From Longimicrobiales bacterium (GTDB taxonomy: Bacteria > Gemmatimonadota > Gemmatimonadetes > Longimicrobiales > Gaopeijiaceae): a stretch of 64,000 bases of DNA. Positions within the stretch are counted from its first letter, which is position 1. The number at the start of each line of letters is the position of its first letter. The stretch lies in contig CBDBCF010000001.1 of assembly GCA_965202985.1 (NCBI GenBank), positions 2,272,001-2,336,000 on the forward strand, written 5' to 3'. The notes under the pieces are model-generated. The model was not told the DNA's origin. It did no database searches and saw only the letters and a program-made list of their open reading frames with translations. The translations under genes and the position numbers were made by a program. This document shows positions 20,577 to 31,500 of this stretch, one piece after another.

Positions 20577-23524
20577 CCGACCGTCGGCTGATCGAGGAAT
20601 GGCTGCCGATCGCTGAGATCGGGATCGAGAGTACCCGCGAGCGGACGCCGATGACGCCGTTTCCCGCACCGAATCGCCTGCACGTGTGGTGGGCACGCCG
20701 TCCCTTGGTGGCATCGAGGGCGGCGGTGTTGGGGGCCTTGCTACCTGCGGACGCGGACCGGGAGTGGTTCTTGCACGTGCTTGGGATTCATGGGGACCCG
20801 GTATCTGCTAAGAAACGTATCGCCGTTGCGACACGGACAGGAAAACGACTTGGTGCGGACGCGTATGGATACGTTCGTGCATTTCGATACACGCTATCTA
20901 CGGAAGAATCAGATTGGTTGATCAGTCGATTGACACCGGCTCCGGCGGTCCTGGATCCGACGGCAGGTGGTGGAGCCGTCCCCTTCGAAGCTATGCGACT
21001 CGGTTTTCCGACGTATTCCAACGACCTCAATCCTGTGGCAGCTTTCATTGGACGAGCGACGGTTGAATGGCCAGCGACATTGGGCACCAGACTTCGTAAG
21101 CCGGTCGAGGAACTGGGAACAAGGTTAGTCAGTCAAGTCCGACGGCGCCTCGATAGCGTGTTTCCCGACGAGCCGTTGGACGACGCTCGACCGGACGGGT
21201 ACGTCTGGGCACACACGGTTCACTGTCCTTATTGCACCGGCGTGGTGCCTCTATCCCCAAACTGGCGTCTGGCGCCCGACGGAACTGGTGTGCGGTTGCG
21301 ACCATGTGTGGGAGACGGACCGGGTTCCGAGGGCCGGACGTGCGAGTTCAAGGTCGTCGGCTCGGCGGCGGAGCAGTCGGCGGGCACGGTGAGTCGCGGC
21401 ACCGCTAACTGTCCCTATCCGGACTGCGGCCGGGTGATCGACGGCGACGAGATCAAGCGACAGGCGCGGGAAAGGGAGATGGGCCACCAGCTGTACGCCG
21501 TCGTGTACAAGAAGCGCATGCCGAACACGCTGAAGTCGGGGAAGCGCGGCAAAGACAAGTGGGTGCGCGGCTACCGTGCGCCGCGCCTGTCGGACGACAA
21601 CGGCGAGGAGATCGAACGGATGCTGGCGGAGAAGCTACCCGAGTGGGAGGCGCTGGACATAGTGCCGAGCGAGAGGATACCGGACGGCAACAAGACGACG
21701 GAGCCGCTCCGGTACGGCATGCCCTACTGGCGAGACATGTTCTCCCCAAGACAACTACTCTGCCACGGCTTCAGCGTCGAAGTCTTCCGCGAGATGCTCG
21801 AAGCCGATCGAAACATGGGCAGACTTACCGAGCTCCGTAAGGCGGCCTACGCCTACCTGGCGCTTGCGATGGACAAGATGATCGATTACAATTCGCGGAT
21901 GTGTGTGTGGGATACATGGAAGAGATCCATAGCTCATTCGTTTTCCCAGCACGATTATTCATTCAAGTGGTCCTATGCTGAGATGGCTCCCTGCGTGGAC
22001 GGCCTAGGATATGACTGGGTAGTTGACTATACCGCCAAGTGCATCGATGAGCTCGTCGCGCTGATTCGTCCGCATGCGGACGACGGCAATGGTCCGATCT
22101 TCGGCGACGAGTCCGAAGAGGCCGTTCCGCTCAAGCCCGTCGTCACCTGCAAGTCCGCCGACAACCTGAACCACATCAGCGACGGCGAGATCGACGTCGT
22201 CGTCATGGACCCGCCCTACTACGACAACGTCATGTACGCCGAGCTGTCGGACTTCTTCTACGTCTGGCTCAAGCGCACGGCGGGCTACGTTTTCCCCGAA
22301 CTCTTCCGCCGCCGCCTGACCGACAAGGACAACGAGGCGGTGGCCAACCCGGCGCGCTGGAAGGGCGAGAAGAGCGCCAAGGCCCGCGCCGGCAAGAACT
22401 ACCAGGAACGCATGGCGGCGATCTTCCAAGAGTGCCGTCGCGTGCTTAAGCCCGACGGGATCATGACGCTCATGTTCACCCACAAGGCCACAGGGGCGTG
22501 GGACGCGCTCACCGTGGGGCTGATGGAGGCGGGCTTCAGGATCACGGCGTCGTGGCCGATCAACACGGAGGCGCCGGGCAGCCTGCACATCAAGGACAAG
22601 GCGGCGGCGAACAGCACGGTCTTCCTTGTGTGCCGTCCGCGAACCGGCGACGAGAAGGAGTCGAGCGACATCTACTGGGAGGACATCGAGCCCGAGGTGG
22701 CGCGTGCCGTCCGCAAGCGCATCCCCCAGTTCAAGGAAGCGAACATCCGGGGCGTGGACCTGTATCTGGCGTCGTTCGGGCCGGCGCTGGAAGAATTCTC
22801 CCGCCACTGGCCGCTGCGGCGGGGAACGCCCCGACCGCAGACGTGGGCCCAGAAGCGTCGTTGGCAGTCGGAGCTCTTTGAAGAGAAGGAGGACCCCTAC
22901 GCAGCGACGCCGGAGGACGCGCTGGAGGTCGCGCGCCGGGAGGTGAAGCGCTGGCGGCTGGAGGAGCTGACCCGCGTCAGGGCGGGCGACGACATGGACG
23001 CGCGGACGGCGTTCTTCGTGCTGGCGTGGGACGCCTTTCGGGCACCGCGCTTTCCCTACGACGAGGCGTTGAAGCTGGCGCGCGCGGTCGGCGTGGACCT
23101 GGACAGGGAGGTCGTGGGTCGGACGGCGGCGAAGGTCGGGGCGAACTTGGTGCTGTGGGACAGCGCGGAGTGGGCGGCGAAGGGCAGCTTGGGGTCGGAG
23201 GACGGCTCGACGGGCATGATCGACGTGCTGTACCGGGCGGCCCATCTGGGGCGCATCCGTTCGCTGGACGCGGCTCGGGAGTACTTGGAGAACGTCGGGT
23301 TGCACAAGGAGCCGCGGTTCCTGGCGGCGTTGAAGGCGCTGCTAGAGGTGTTGCCGATGCCGAAGTCGATCACGAAGTTCGATCTGCCGAGGGGGCTGGC
23401 GGCGGCAGGGAGCGACTTCGCGGTGCTGGAGAACCTTCGACGGCTGGCGTTCGGCGAGCAGGTAGCGGAGCCGGAGCAGCTCAAGCTGTGGCGCGACGAC
23501 GACGAAGAGGACGACGCGACCTGA
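20573..23524 (+). CDS. DUF1156 domain adenine-specific DNA methyltransferase with zinc ribbon
   Basis: LHVWWARRPL (DUF1156), VLDPTAGGGAVPFEA SAM motif, CPYC...CPYPDC, MDPPYYDN catalytic motif. ATGA overlap at 20573. Confidence 0.92.
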   Translation: MTDRRLIEEWLPIAEIGIESTRERTPMTPFPAPNRLHVWWARRPLVASRAAVLGALLPADADREWFLHVLGIHGDPVSAKKRIAVATRTGKRLGADAYGYVRAFRYTLSTEESDWLISRLTPAPAVLDPTAGGGAVPFEAMRLGFPTYSNDLNPVAAFIGRATVEWPATLGTRLRKPVEELGTRLVSQVRRRLDSVFPDEPLDDARPDGYVWAHTVHCPYCTGVVPLSPNWRLAPDGTGVRLRPCVGDGPGSEGRTCEFKVVGSAAEQSAGTVSRGTANCPYPDCGRVIDGDEIKRQAREREMGHQLYAVVYKKRMPNTLKSGKRGKDKWVRGYRAPRLSDDNGEEIERMLAEKLPEWEALDIVPSERIPDGNKTTEPLRYGMPYWRDMFSPRQLLCHGFSVEVFREMLEADRNMGRLTELRKAAYAYLALAMDKMIDYNSRMCVWDTWKRSIAHSFSQHDYSFKWSYAEMAPCVDGLGYDWVVDYTAKCIDELVALIRPHADDGNGPIFGDESEEAVPLKPVVTCKSADNLNHISDGEIDVVVMDPPYYDNVMYAELSDFFYVWLKRTAGYVFPELFRRRLTDKDNEAVANPARWKGEKSAKARAGKNYQERMAAIFQECRRVLKPDGIMTLMFTHKATGAWDALTVGLMEAGFRITASWPINTEAPGSLHIKDKAAANSTVFLVCRPRTGDEKESSDIYWEDIEPEVARAVRKRIPQFKEANIRGVDLYLASFGPALEEFSRHWPLRRGTPRPQTWAQKRRWQSELFEEKEDPYAATPEDALEVARREVKRWRLEELTRVRAGDDMDARTAFFVLAWDAFRAPRFPYDEALKLARAVGVDLDREVVGRTAAKVGANLVLWDSAEWAAKGSLGSEDGSTGMIDVLYRAAHLGRIRSLDAAREYLENVGLHKEPRFLAALKALLEVLPMPKSITKFDLPRGLAAAGSDFAVLENLRRLAFGEQVAEPEQLKLWRDDDEEDDAT

Positions 23525-23526
23525 AG

Positions 23527-26500
23527 ATGCTGTCGGACCGGAAGTGGGAGCTGGCCTACACCACGGAAGACGGCCCCCTGGCCGATTGCTTCTACGTGCC
23601 CGCCCTCCGGCACGCCGTCCGCTACGACCGGCTGACCGGATACTTCAGCGCCGGTGCGCTGACCCTAGCGGCGCGGGGAATCGAAGGGCTGGTGCGCAAC
23701 AACGGCGTCATGCGCATGGTCGTCGGGTGCACGCTCGAACAGGACGAGATCGAGGCTATCCAAAGGGGCGACCGGCTGCGCGAGGCTGTCGAGCAGCGTC
23801 TGGCGAGCGTTCCCTTTGCGCCGGACCCGACCGAAGCCGACGCCCTGGAGCTGCTGGCGTGGATGGTTGCGCGCAAGCACTTGGAGGTGAAGGTCGCAGT
23901 GCCGTGCAGGGCCGGCGACCGCCGCCCCATACCCGACGGGGCCATCTTCCACGAGAAGACCGGAGTCGTCGAGGACCGGGCGGGAAATCGGGTCGCTTGG
24001 ACTGGTAGTCTGAACGAGACGCCCAGCGGCTGGCGGTACAACTGGGAGCGCATCCAAGTCTACACCAGCTGGCGCGACGGGGAACGCGTCGCCGGCATCG
24101 AGGCAGACTTCGACAAGCTGTGGAACGACCAAGCCCGCCGGGCGATCGTGCTGACCTTGCCCGAAGCGGTTCGCCGGGACCTGTTGCGCTTCCTTCCCAA
24201 GGACGACAGGCCGCCCGTCCGTCTTCAAGAGCGCGAGAAGACCGACTACCCCGAGCGGCAGTCGGGTTCCGGCGCGACGCCCGGTTTGGAGGGCAGCGTC
24301 AGGGAGCGCGCCCCGCGGACCTACGCCGCCGCCGCCGCCGACAAGCGCGACTTCCGCGACCGCGTGTGGTCGTTCATCCGGCAGGCGCCGGCGATGGTGG
24401 GCGGCGGAGGGCGCGTGGGCGAAGCGACGTCGGCGGTCGAGCCGTGGCCGCACCAAGCCCGGGCCTTCCGCCGCATGTACGACGGCTGGCCGCCCAGGCT
24501 TCTCATCGCGGACGAAGTGGGGCTGGGCAAGACGATTCAGGCGGGGATGCTGTTGCGGCAGGCTTGGCTGTCGGGGCGCGCCAAGCGGATTCTCGTGCTG
24601 GCGCCGAAGGCCGTGCTGCGCCAGTGGCAGATCGAGCTCTACGAGAAGTTCAACCTCAACTGGCCCATCTACGACAAGGGCGAACTGACTTGGCACCCGT
24701 CGCCCGCCCTGCGGGGCCGCCATGTCCGGCCCGTGGCCAGCGACCGCTGGCACCACGAGCCCGTGGTGATCGCGTCCAGCTACCTGATGCGCCGAAGCGA
24801 CCGTCGGCAAGCGCTTCTGGAGGACGCCCAGCCGTGGGACTTGATCGTGCTCGACGAGGCCCATCACGCCCGGCGACGGGGCGCGGCGGGCGCGTCCGAT
24901 GGTGTTCCCAACACCCTTCTGCGACTCATGCAGGGGCTGAAGGATCGCTCGGAGGGCCTTGTGTTGCTCACGGCCACGCCGATGCAGGTCCGTCCCGGCG
25001 AGCTCTGGGACCTTCTGCGGTTGCTGGGGCTTCCGCCGGAGTGGACGCCGGACGAGTTCGTCGAGTTCTTCGAGCACGCCCGGCGGGCGGACCCGACGCC
25101 GGAAGCCTTCGAGAAGATGGCGCGGCTCTTCCAAGCGACGGAGCGGCGCTTCGGGGCCACGGGGCCGAGCCAGCTTGCCCGGCCGCTCGATGGGTTGTCC
25201 CGCCTTCAGGCCCGGAAGGTGGTGCGCGCGTTGCGGGATCGGGCCGAGACGCCTCGTCGCCAGCTGTCGGGAACCCAGCGCGAAGCGGCCCTCCGGCTGA
25301 TGCGCGTGAACACGCCCGTGCGGCGCTTGGTGTCCCGACACACGCGGGAGCTTCTTCGCGAGTACCACCGGCGCGGCCTGCTGGCGACGCGCATCGCCGA
25401 CCGTGAAGTGGACGACCGCTTCGTCGAGATGAGCGCCGACGAGCGTGCGCTGTACGAGGCGGTGGAAGAGTACATCGCCACAACGTACGACCAAGCGTCG
25501 GAGGAGGAGCGGCGGGCGGTCGGCTTCGTCATGACGATCTACCGGCGGCGGCTGGCCAGCAGCTTCCGGGCGTTGCGCAGCACGTTGGAGCGGCGCGTCG
25601 GGGGTGCGGGCGACACGGGCGGAGGCAGCGACGCGGTCCTGGCCGAGGACGTGTCCGACGACGAGGTGGCCGACGACCCCGCCTTGGACGAGGACGCGGT
25701 GGCGCAGGCGTTGCGAGAGTCCCTTCGCGCCGAGGAAGCGGAGGACGTGCGACGGCTGCTCGACCAGATCGCCCGGCTCCCGCCCGACGGCAAGCTGTCG
25801 GCGCTGAAAGAGGCGCTGGACGACCTGCGCGAGCGCGGACACCGCCAAGTGATGGTGTTCACCCAGTACACCGACACCATGGACTTCCTGCGGGAGGAGC
25901 TGGCCGGGGACGCCGGCTCCGCCCTTGCGCTGATGTGCTACTCGGGCCGGGGCGGCGAAGTGCCCGGTGCGGACGGCTGGCGGCCCGTGGACCGCGACAC
26001 CGTCAAGCGGCGCTTCCGAGACGGCCAGGCCGACATGCTGTTGTGCACCGAGGCGGCAGCGGAAGGCCTCAACTTCCAGTTCTGCGGTGCACTGGTGAAC
26101 TACGACATGCCCTGGAACCCGATGCGGGTGGAGCAGCGCATCGGCCGGATCGATCGCGTGGGCCAGAAGCACAAGACGATACGCATCGTGAACCTTCACT
26201 ACGCGGACACCGTCGAGACCGACATCTACCGTGTGCTGCGGGAGCGCATCGGGCTCTTCGCCAAGATGGTGGGCCGGCTCCAGCCGATCTTGTCGCAGTT
26301 GCCGGGGACGATCACACGGGCCGTCCTCTCGGGCGAAGGTGGGAGCGCGACGGGTCGCCGGGAGACGGCCAAGGCCGTGGAGGCGCAGGCCAACGAAGCC
26401 GATAGCGGGTTCGACATCGACGCGGCGCTGGACGAGGTGCTGGACGCGCCCGATCCTCCCGCCCCCCTCGTCACGATGGCCGACTTGGACCGCGTGATCG

Positions 26501-26748
26501 GCTCGCCCGACCTGCTCTCGCCCGGCGCGCGGGTTCAGCCCTTGGGCAACCGCGAGTACGGCTTCACGCCGCCCTGGTCCACCGAGCCGGTGCGCGTCAC
26601 CACCGACCCCGACCACTACCGCGACCACCCCGACAGCGTCGAGCTCTGGTCGCCCGGCAACCCGCTCTTCCGCCCCCCGACGGGCGTGGACGACCGACGC
26701 CGCGACTGGCCCCCGGACGCCACCCTGACGGACATCCTGGACGGCTGA
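23527..26748 (+). CDS. PLD-family nuclease fused to SNF2-type helicase
   Basis: GYFS, FHEKTGVVED..TGSLNET (HKD), ADEVGLGKT, VLDEAHH, LLTATP, EGLNFQ, YDMPWNPMRVEQRIGRIDRVGQ. Confidence 0.92.
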   Translation: MLSDRKWELAYTTEDGPLADCFYVPALRHAVRYDRLTGYFSAGALTLAARGIEGLVRNNGVMRMVVGCTLEQDEIEAIQRGDRLREAVEQRLASVPFAPDPTEADALELLAWMVARKHLEVKVAVPCRAGDRRPIPDGAIFHEKTGVVEDRAGNRVAWTGSLNETPSGWRYNWERIQVYTSWRDGERVAGIEADFDKLWNDQARRAIVLTLPEAVRRDLLRFLPKDDRPPVRLQEREKTDYPERQSGSGATPGLEGSVRERAPRTYAAAAADKRDFRDRVWSFIRQAPAMVGGGGRVGEATSAVEPWPHQARAFRRMYDGWPPRLLIADEVGLGKTIQAGMLLRQAWLSGRAKRILVLAPKAVLRQWQIELYEKFNLNWPIYDKGELTWHPSPALRGRHVRPVASDRWHHEPVVIASSYLMRRSDRRQALLEDAQPWDLIVLDEAHHARRRGAAGASDGVPNTLLRLMQGLKDRSEGLVLLTATPMQVRPGELWDLLRLLGLPPEWTPDEFVEFFEHARRADPTPEAFEKMARLFQATERRFGATGPSQLARPLDGLSRLQARKVVRALRDRAETPRRQLSGTQREAALRLMRVNTPVRRLVSRHTRELLREYHRRGLLATRIADREVDDRFVEMSADERALYEAVEEYIATTYDQASEEERRAVGFVMTIYRRRLASSFRALRSTLERRVGGAGDTGGGSDAVLAEDVSDDEVADDPALDEDAVAQALRESLRAEEAEDVRRLLDQIARLPPDGKLSALKEALDDLRERGHRQVMVFTQYTDTMDFLREELAGDAGSALALMCYSGRGGEVPGADGWRPVDRDTVKRRFRDGQADMLLCTEAAAEGLNFQFCGALVNYDMPWNPMRVEQRIGRIDRVGQKHKTIRIVNLHYADTVETDIYRVLRERIGLFAKMVGRLQPILSQLPGTITRAVLSGEGGSATGRRETAKAVEAQANEADSGFDIDAALDEVLDAPDPPAPLVTMADLDRVIGSPDLLSPGARVQPLGNREYGFTPPWSTEPVRVTTDPDHYRDHPDSVELWSPGNPLFRPPTGVDDRRRDWPPDATLTDILDG

Positions 26749-26846
26749 ACCCGGCAGGCCGCCTAGCCGCCTGGTCCGCCCCATTTGACGTCTTCCGGCC
26801 CCAGGTGCGACATTGCCGCAATCCGACGGGCAACGAGGCACGAGAC

Positions 26847-28484
26847 ATGATCCGCAAACTGGAAGTCCGAAACTTCAAGAAGTTCAAGGCCGCGAGCTTC
26901 GAGTTCGACAGGCATGTGGTGATCGTGGGGCCCAACAACTGCGGCAAGACAACGCTGCTGCAAGCCGTCGCCGTATGGAACGAGGTCTGCGATCGTTGGA
27001 TGAACGACGTGCCGCGGGTGAACACCAAGACTCGGGAAGGCGACTACGTCGATGTCGAGATTAGTCGTCTGGAATCGTTGCCGTACAGGGATTTTCGCTT
27101 GATGTGGCGGAATCAGGACACGCGGTCGCCGATATTTCTGTCGCTGGCAACCAGCCGGTGGGATGTCGGCTTCGAGCTCGTCTACGTGGAGCCTGAAAGA
27201 CTGCGGGCTCGCCCGACCAGCGGCGTATTGGAGAGCCACTTGACGATGTGTGGAGAAGAGCCTGCGAAGACTGTGTACATCCCTCCGTTCTCGGGCTTGA
27301 CGATGCCGGAGGCCAGGCTGGCCCCGGAGACCGTGCCGGTACGTCTTGTGCAGGACATGTTGCACGGCCGCGGCGGCAGCGTCTTAAGGAACATGCTGTT
27401 GGAGATCAGTACCGACGGCGAGAGATGGGATGCCGTGCAAGCCGCGATAACGGATCTCTTCGGATACGAATTGACCCGCCCCAGCGGTGTGGCCGAGATC
27501 ATGGCGGGATACCGACAATCGAACAACAACTCTGCGCTCGACCTAGCCTGCGGCGCCCGTGGCTTCTTGCAGGTGCTGTTCATCTATGCAAGCCTCTATT
27601 ACACTAGGGACAGCACGGTGGTGATGATGGACGAGCCGGATTCGCACTTGTATCTGGCCTTGCAAGAGAGCATGTACGATCGCTTGAAGACGATTGCACG
27701 GTCGAACGATCAACAACTTATTGTAGTAACGCATTCGGATCTGTTGATGGAGGTGGCTCGCCGCGACCTGAAGGTCCTGACCGGTGGGAAGCTCGAGGAC
27801 GTCGATCGTCAAGTTACCAAAGATGCGCTACGAAAGGTTCAAGTAAGGGAAGTATTGCTTGCGCAGAGTGGACTAGGCATTTTGTATGTAGAGGGCGAAA
27901 CGGACGTACGGATACTTAGAGAATGGGCACGGGTGCTGGGCCACCCCGCGCTGAAGTTCCTGGAGGGACCGTTGCGCAGGACCACTGCCGGCGAGTCGAG
28001 TCGTGCTGGTTTTGCATCGAGTCATTTCCGTGGGCTGCAGCTGAGCGTGCCGGACGTGCGAGGCATCCTGCTGGAGGATCGCAACGGCAGGGTCGATGCA
28101 CCCGCCCCTCGGAGACGGTCGGTGAAGGGCTTGACGTCGCTGCTTTGGACTCGCTACGAGATCGAGAGTTATCTGATTCATCCGCAGGCGTTGTTGCGTT
28201 TCGTCCGCGAGCAGGACAAGACCGGAAAGGGAGCGGCCAAAGCCGACGAATACATGAAGGAGTACTACGGATCACTGTACAAGAAGCCGTTCGAGAACAT
28301 ACATGCGCTAACAGGTACGAAAGGCAAGACCATCTTGGCGGACATTCTTGGCAGTGCTCAGGTCTACTGCGCGGAAGAAGAGTACTATCGCATCGCCAGG
28401 GTAATGAAGGAGTCGGAAATTCATCCGGAAGTGCGCAGCGTTTTGGACGCAGTGGCGGACACGCTTGGGAGTCGGCCTGGTTGA
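26847..28484 (+). CDS. ABC-type (AAA_15/21) ATPase fused to TOPRIM nuclease (OLD/PARIS-like)
   Basis: RNFKKF, GPNNCGKT, MMDEPDSHL, VTHS, then LYVEGETD, EDRN, RYEIESYL. AT-richer than host genes. Confidence 0.82.
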   Translation: MIRKLEVRNFKKFKAASFEFDRHVVIVGPNNCGKTTLLQAVAVWNEVCDRWMNDVPRVNTKTREGDYVDVEISRLESLPYRDFRLMWRNQDTRSPIFLSLATSRWDVGFELVYVEPERLRARPTSGVLESHLTMCGEEPAKTVYIPPFSGLTMPEARLAPETVPVRLVQDMLHGRGGSVLRNMLLEISTDGERWDAVQAAITDLFGYELTRPSGVAEIMAGYRQSNNNSALDLACGARGFLQVLFIYASLYYTRDSTVVMMDEPDSHLYLALQESMYDRLKTIARSNDQQLIVVTHSDLLMEVARRDLKVLTGGKLEDVDRQVTKDALRKVQVREVLLAQSGLGILYVEGETDVRILREWARVLGHPALKFLEGPLRRTTAGESSRAGFASSHFRGLQLSVPDVRGILLEDRNGRVDAPAPRRRSVKGLTSLLWTRYEIESYLIHPQALLRFVREQDKTGKGAAKADEYMKEYYGSLYKKPFENIHALTGTKGKTILADILGSAQVYCAEEEYYRIARVMKESEIHPEVRSVLDAVADTLGSRPG

Positions 28485-28560
28485 CTTGCTCTCGCCGCCG
28501 GCGCCACATTTCCCCGAGGCCTCGACGCCCGTTCGCCCATCCCTGCCACAACCAACAACC

Positions 28561-31500
28561 ATGACAAGAACACGTTTTCTCGCCTGCTCCGTCCTCCTCT
28601 CTGCCGCGGCTGCCACCGCCTCGGCTCCGGCCCTAGCCCAGGACGCCCAGGAAGCCCAGCAAGACGAAGGCCCCGACCTCTCCAACCGCGCCCTGCTCGA
28701 AGGCATCGAGGCGCGATCCATCGGCCCCGCCGTCATGAGCGGGCGGGTCGTGGACATCGCCGTGGTCCCCACGGGCGGATCGTCGGCATCGGGTGCAAGA
28801 CCGGCAGCAAACGGCGGACTGTCGGCGACCGCGGCGCACACAGGCGGCCCGCGCCTGGGCACCGTCATCTACATCGCGGCGGCCACGGGGGGCATCTGGA
28901 AGTCCACCAGCGGGGGCGTAGTGTGGGAGCCCGTGCTGGACGACGCGGGCGTGGGGTCGATGGGCGACGTGACGGTGGCGCCGTCCAACCCCGATATCGT
29001 GTGGGCGGGTTCGGGCGAGCCGAACAACATGCGCAGTTCGTCGTACGGCGACGGCGTGTACAAGTCGGTGGACGGGGGGAAGACGTTCAGCCACATGGGC
29101 CTGCGGTCGTCGCAGCACGTGGGCCGGATCGTGATTCGTCCCGACGATCCCGACGTGGTGTACGTGGCGGCGGTGGGTCCGCTCTGGGCAGCGGGCGGCG
29201 AGCGGGGCGTGTACCGCACCACCGACGGCGGCGAGACATGGGAGGCCGTCTTGGCGATCGACGCGCACACGGGGGCCACGGACCTGGTCATGGACCCGTC
29301 GAACCCGGACGTGCTCTACGCTTCCGCGCTGCAACGCGAGCGCCGGGCCTACAGCTACGTCGGCGGCGGGCCGGGCAGCGGCATCTACAAGACCACCGAC
29401 GGCGGCGACAGCTGGACCAAGCTCGAAGCCGGCCTGCCCAAGTCCGACATGGGACGGATCGGGCTGGACATAAGCTTGAGTCGGCCGGGCACCTTGTACG
29501 CGGTCGTGGAGGGCTCGGAGCAGGGCGTCTACCGCACCGACAACCACGGCGCCACGTGGCGGAAGACCAGCGACATCGCCTCGATTCCGTGGTACTTCGG
29601 GCAGATTCGCGTCGATCCCGTGGACCCCGAGGTCGTGTATCACTTGGGCGTGCGGCTGCAAAGGTCCGAAGACGGCGGCGAGACGTGGGAGCGCATTGCG
29701 CAGTCGGTGCATGTGGACCATCACGCCATGTGGATCAACCCCGAGAACCCATCGCACATTCTGTTGGGCAACGACGGCGGCTTCTACGCGTCGCACGACC
29801 GGGGCGAGACGTGGGACTTTTCGCCCAACCTGCCGATCAGCCAGTTCTACGCCGTGGGCGTGGACATGCAGGAGCCGTTCTTCGGCATTTACGGCGGCTT
29901 GCAGGACAACTCGACTTGGGGCGGACCCAGCCAAACCCGCAACGCCCTGGGCATCGGCAACGCGGACTGGTACCGCATGGCCGGCGGCGACGGCTTCTTC
30001 GCGGCGATCGATCCGCGCGATCACAACGTCGCCTACGTCGAGTCGCAGAACGGCAACCTTGTGCGCTTCAACGGACGGACCGGCGAGCGCAAGTCGATCC
30101 GGCCTCGCCCGACGCCGGGAGACGAAGACTATCGCTTCAACTGGAGCGCGCCCATACAGATTTCGCCCCACGACCCGTCCACGGTCTACTTCGCGGGCAA
30201 CCACGTCTTCAAGAGCACCGACCAAGGCGACTCGTGGGAAGTGCTGGGCGAAGACCTGACCCGGCAGATCGACCGAGACAGCCTACCGATGATGGGCGGC
30301 GTTCCCGACGAAGACGCCGTGTCGCGTCATCAGGGCACCGCCGTCTTCTCCAACATCTCGACCATGCACGTGTCCGCCCTGCGGCCCGGCGTCGTGGCCA
30401 CCGGCTCGGACGACGGCACGGTCGCCGTCACCACCGACGATGGACGCACGTGGCGCAAGTCGACCCGCTTCCCCGGCGTCCCGGACACGACCTACGTGAG
30501 CAAAGTCCGCTGGTCCGCGCACGATCCGGCCACCTTGTACGCGACCTTCGACGGACACCGCAGCAACGACTTCCTGCCCTACGTGCTCAAGAGCGCCGAC
30601 GAGGGGCAAAGCTGGCAGTCGATCGCCGGCGACCTGCCCGAGTTCGGCAACGTGCGCGCGTTCGCGGAGCACCCGGACGACCCGAACGTGCTGTTCGTGG
30701 GCACGGAGGTGCGCCCGTTCGTCTCCGTGGACGGTGGCGCGTCCTGGCTGCCCTTGGAGAACGGCATTCTGCCGTCGCCCGTGCACGACTTGAAGGTGCA
30801 TCCTCGCGACAATGCGCTGGTCGTGGCCACGCACGGACGCGGGTTCTTCGTCGTGGACGACTTGACGCCGATCGTGAAGCTGGCAGAGGCGAAGGCGGCA
30901 GGCGGACCGTACATCTTCCCGGTGCGCGACGCCCTTGCCTACGTAGTGAACAGCGCGCCGACCACTGGCACGCACGCGGACCGCAATTACGCCGCCGAGA
31001 ATCCGCGGTACGGGGCCGCCGTTTCGTACCTGCTGCCGGAGCGCGCCGGCGACGAAACAACCCTAGAGATCGTGGACGCCCGCGGTACCGTGGTGCGCGC
31101 GCTGGAAGCCGCCACCGGCGCCGGTTTGCAACAGGTGCAGTGGGACTTGCGTCTCGATCCGCCATGGTCCGGCCCGACGGCCGACAGTGGCGGACAGGGC
31201 GGCGGCCAGGGGTTCGGCGGATTCGGAGGCGGAGGGCAGGGCGGGCCGGCGGCGCTGCCGGGCGAGTACGTCGCCAGGCTGACGGTGCGGCCGGCGGACG
31301 CGGCAACGGACCAGGGAGCGGATTCGGGTGCGCCTGCGGAAGATGCGTCGGCGGACGCGGCCCCCGTCGTCGTGGAGCGATCGTTCGCCGTGGTCCTGGA
31401 CGACTTGATCGGGATGAGCGCCGCCGCGCTGGCTGAACTGCAAGAGTTGCGCACCCGGCACCGGGAGCTGTCGGCGCGGGCGCGCATGGCAATCCGCCAA

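Noticed and set aside
13388..28560. Integrative element or prophage boundaries for island 1
   Set aside because: No integrase, tRNA or flanking direct repeats found by eye. The short tandem duplication at about 13522-13560 is not matched at the right end.
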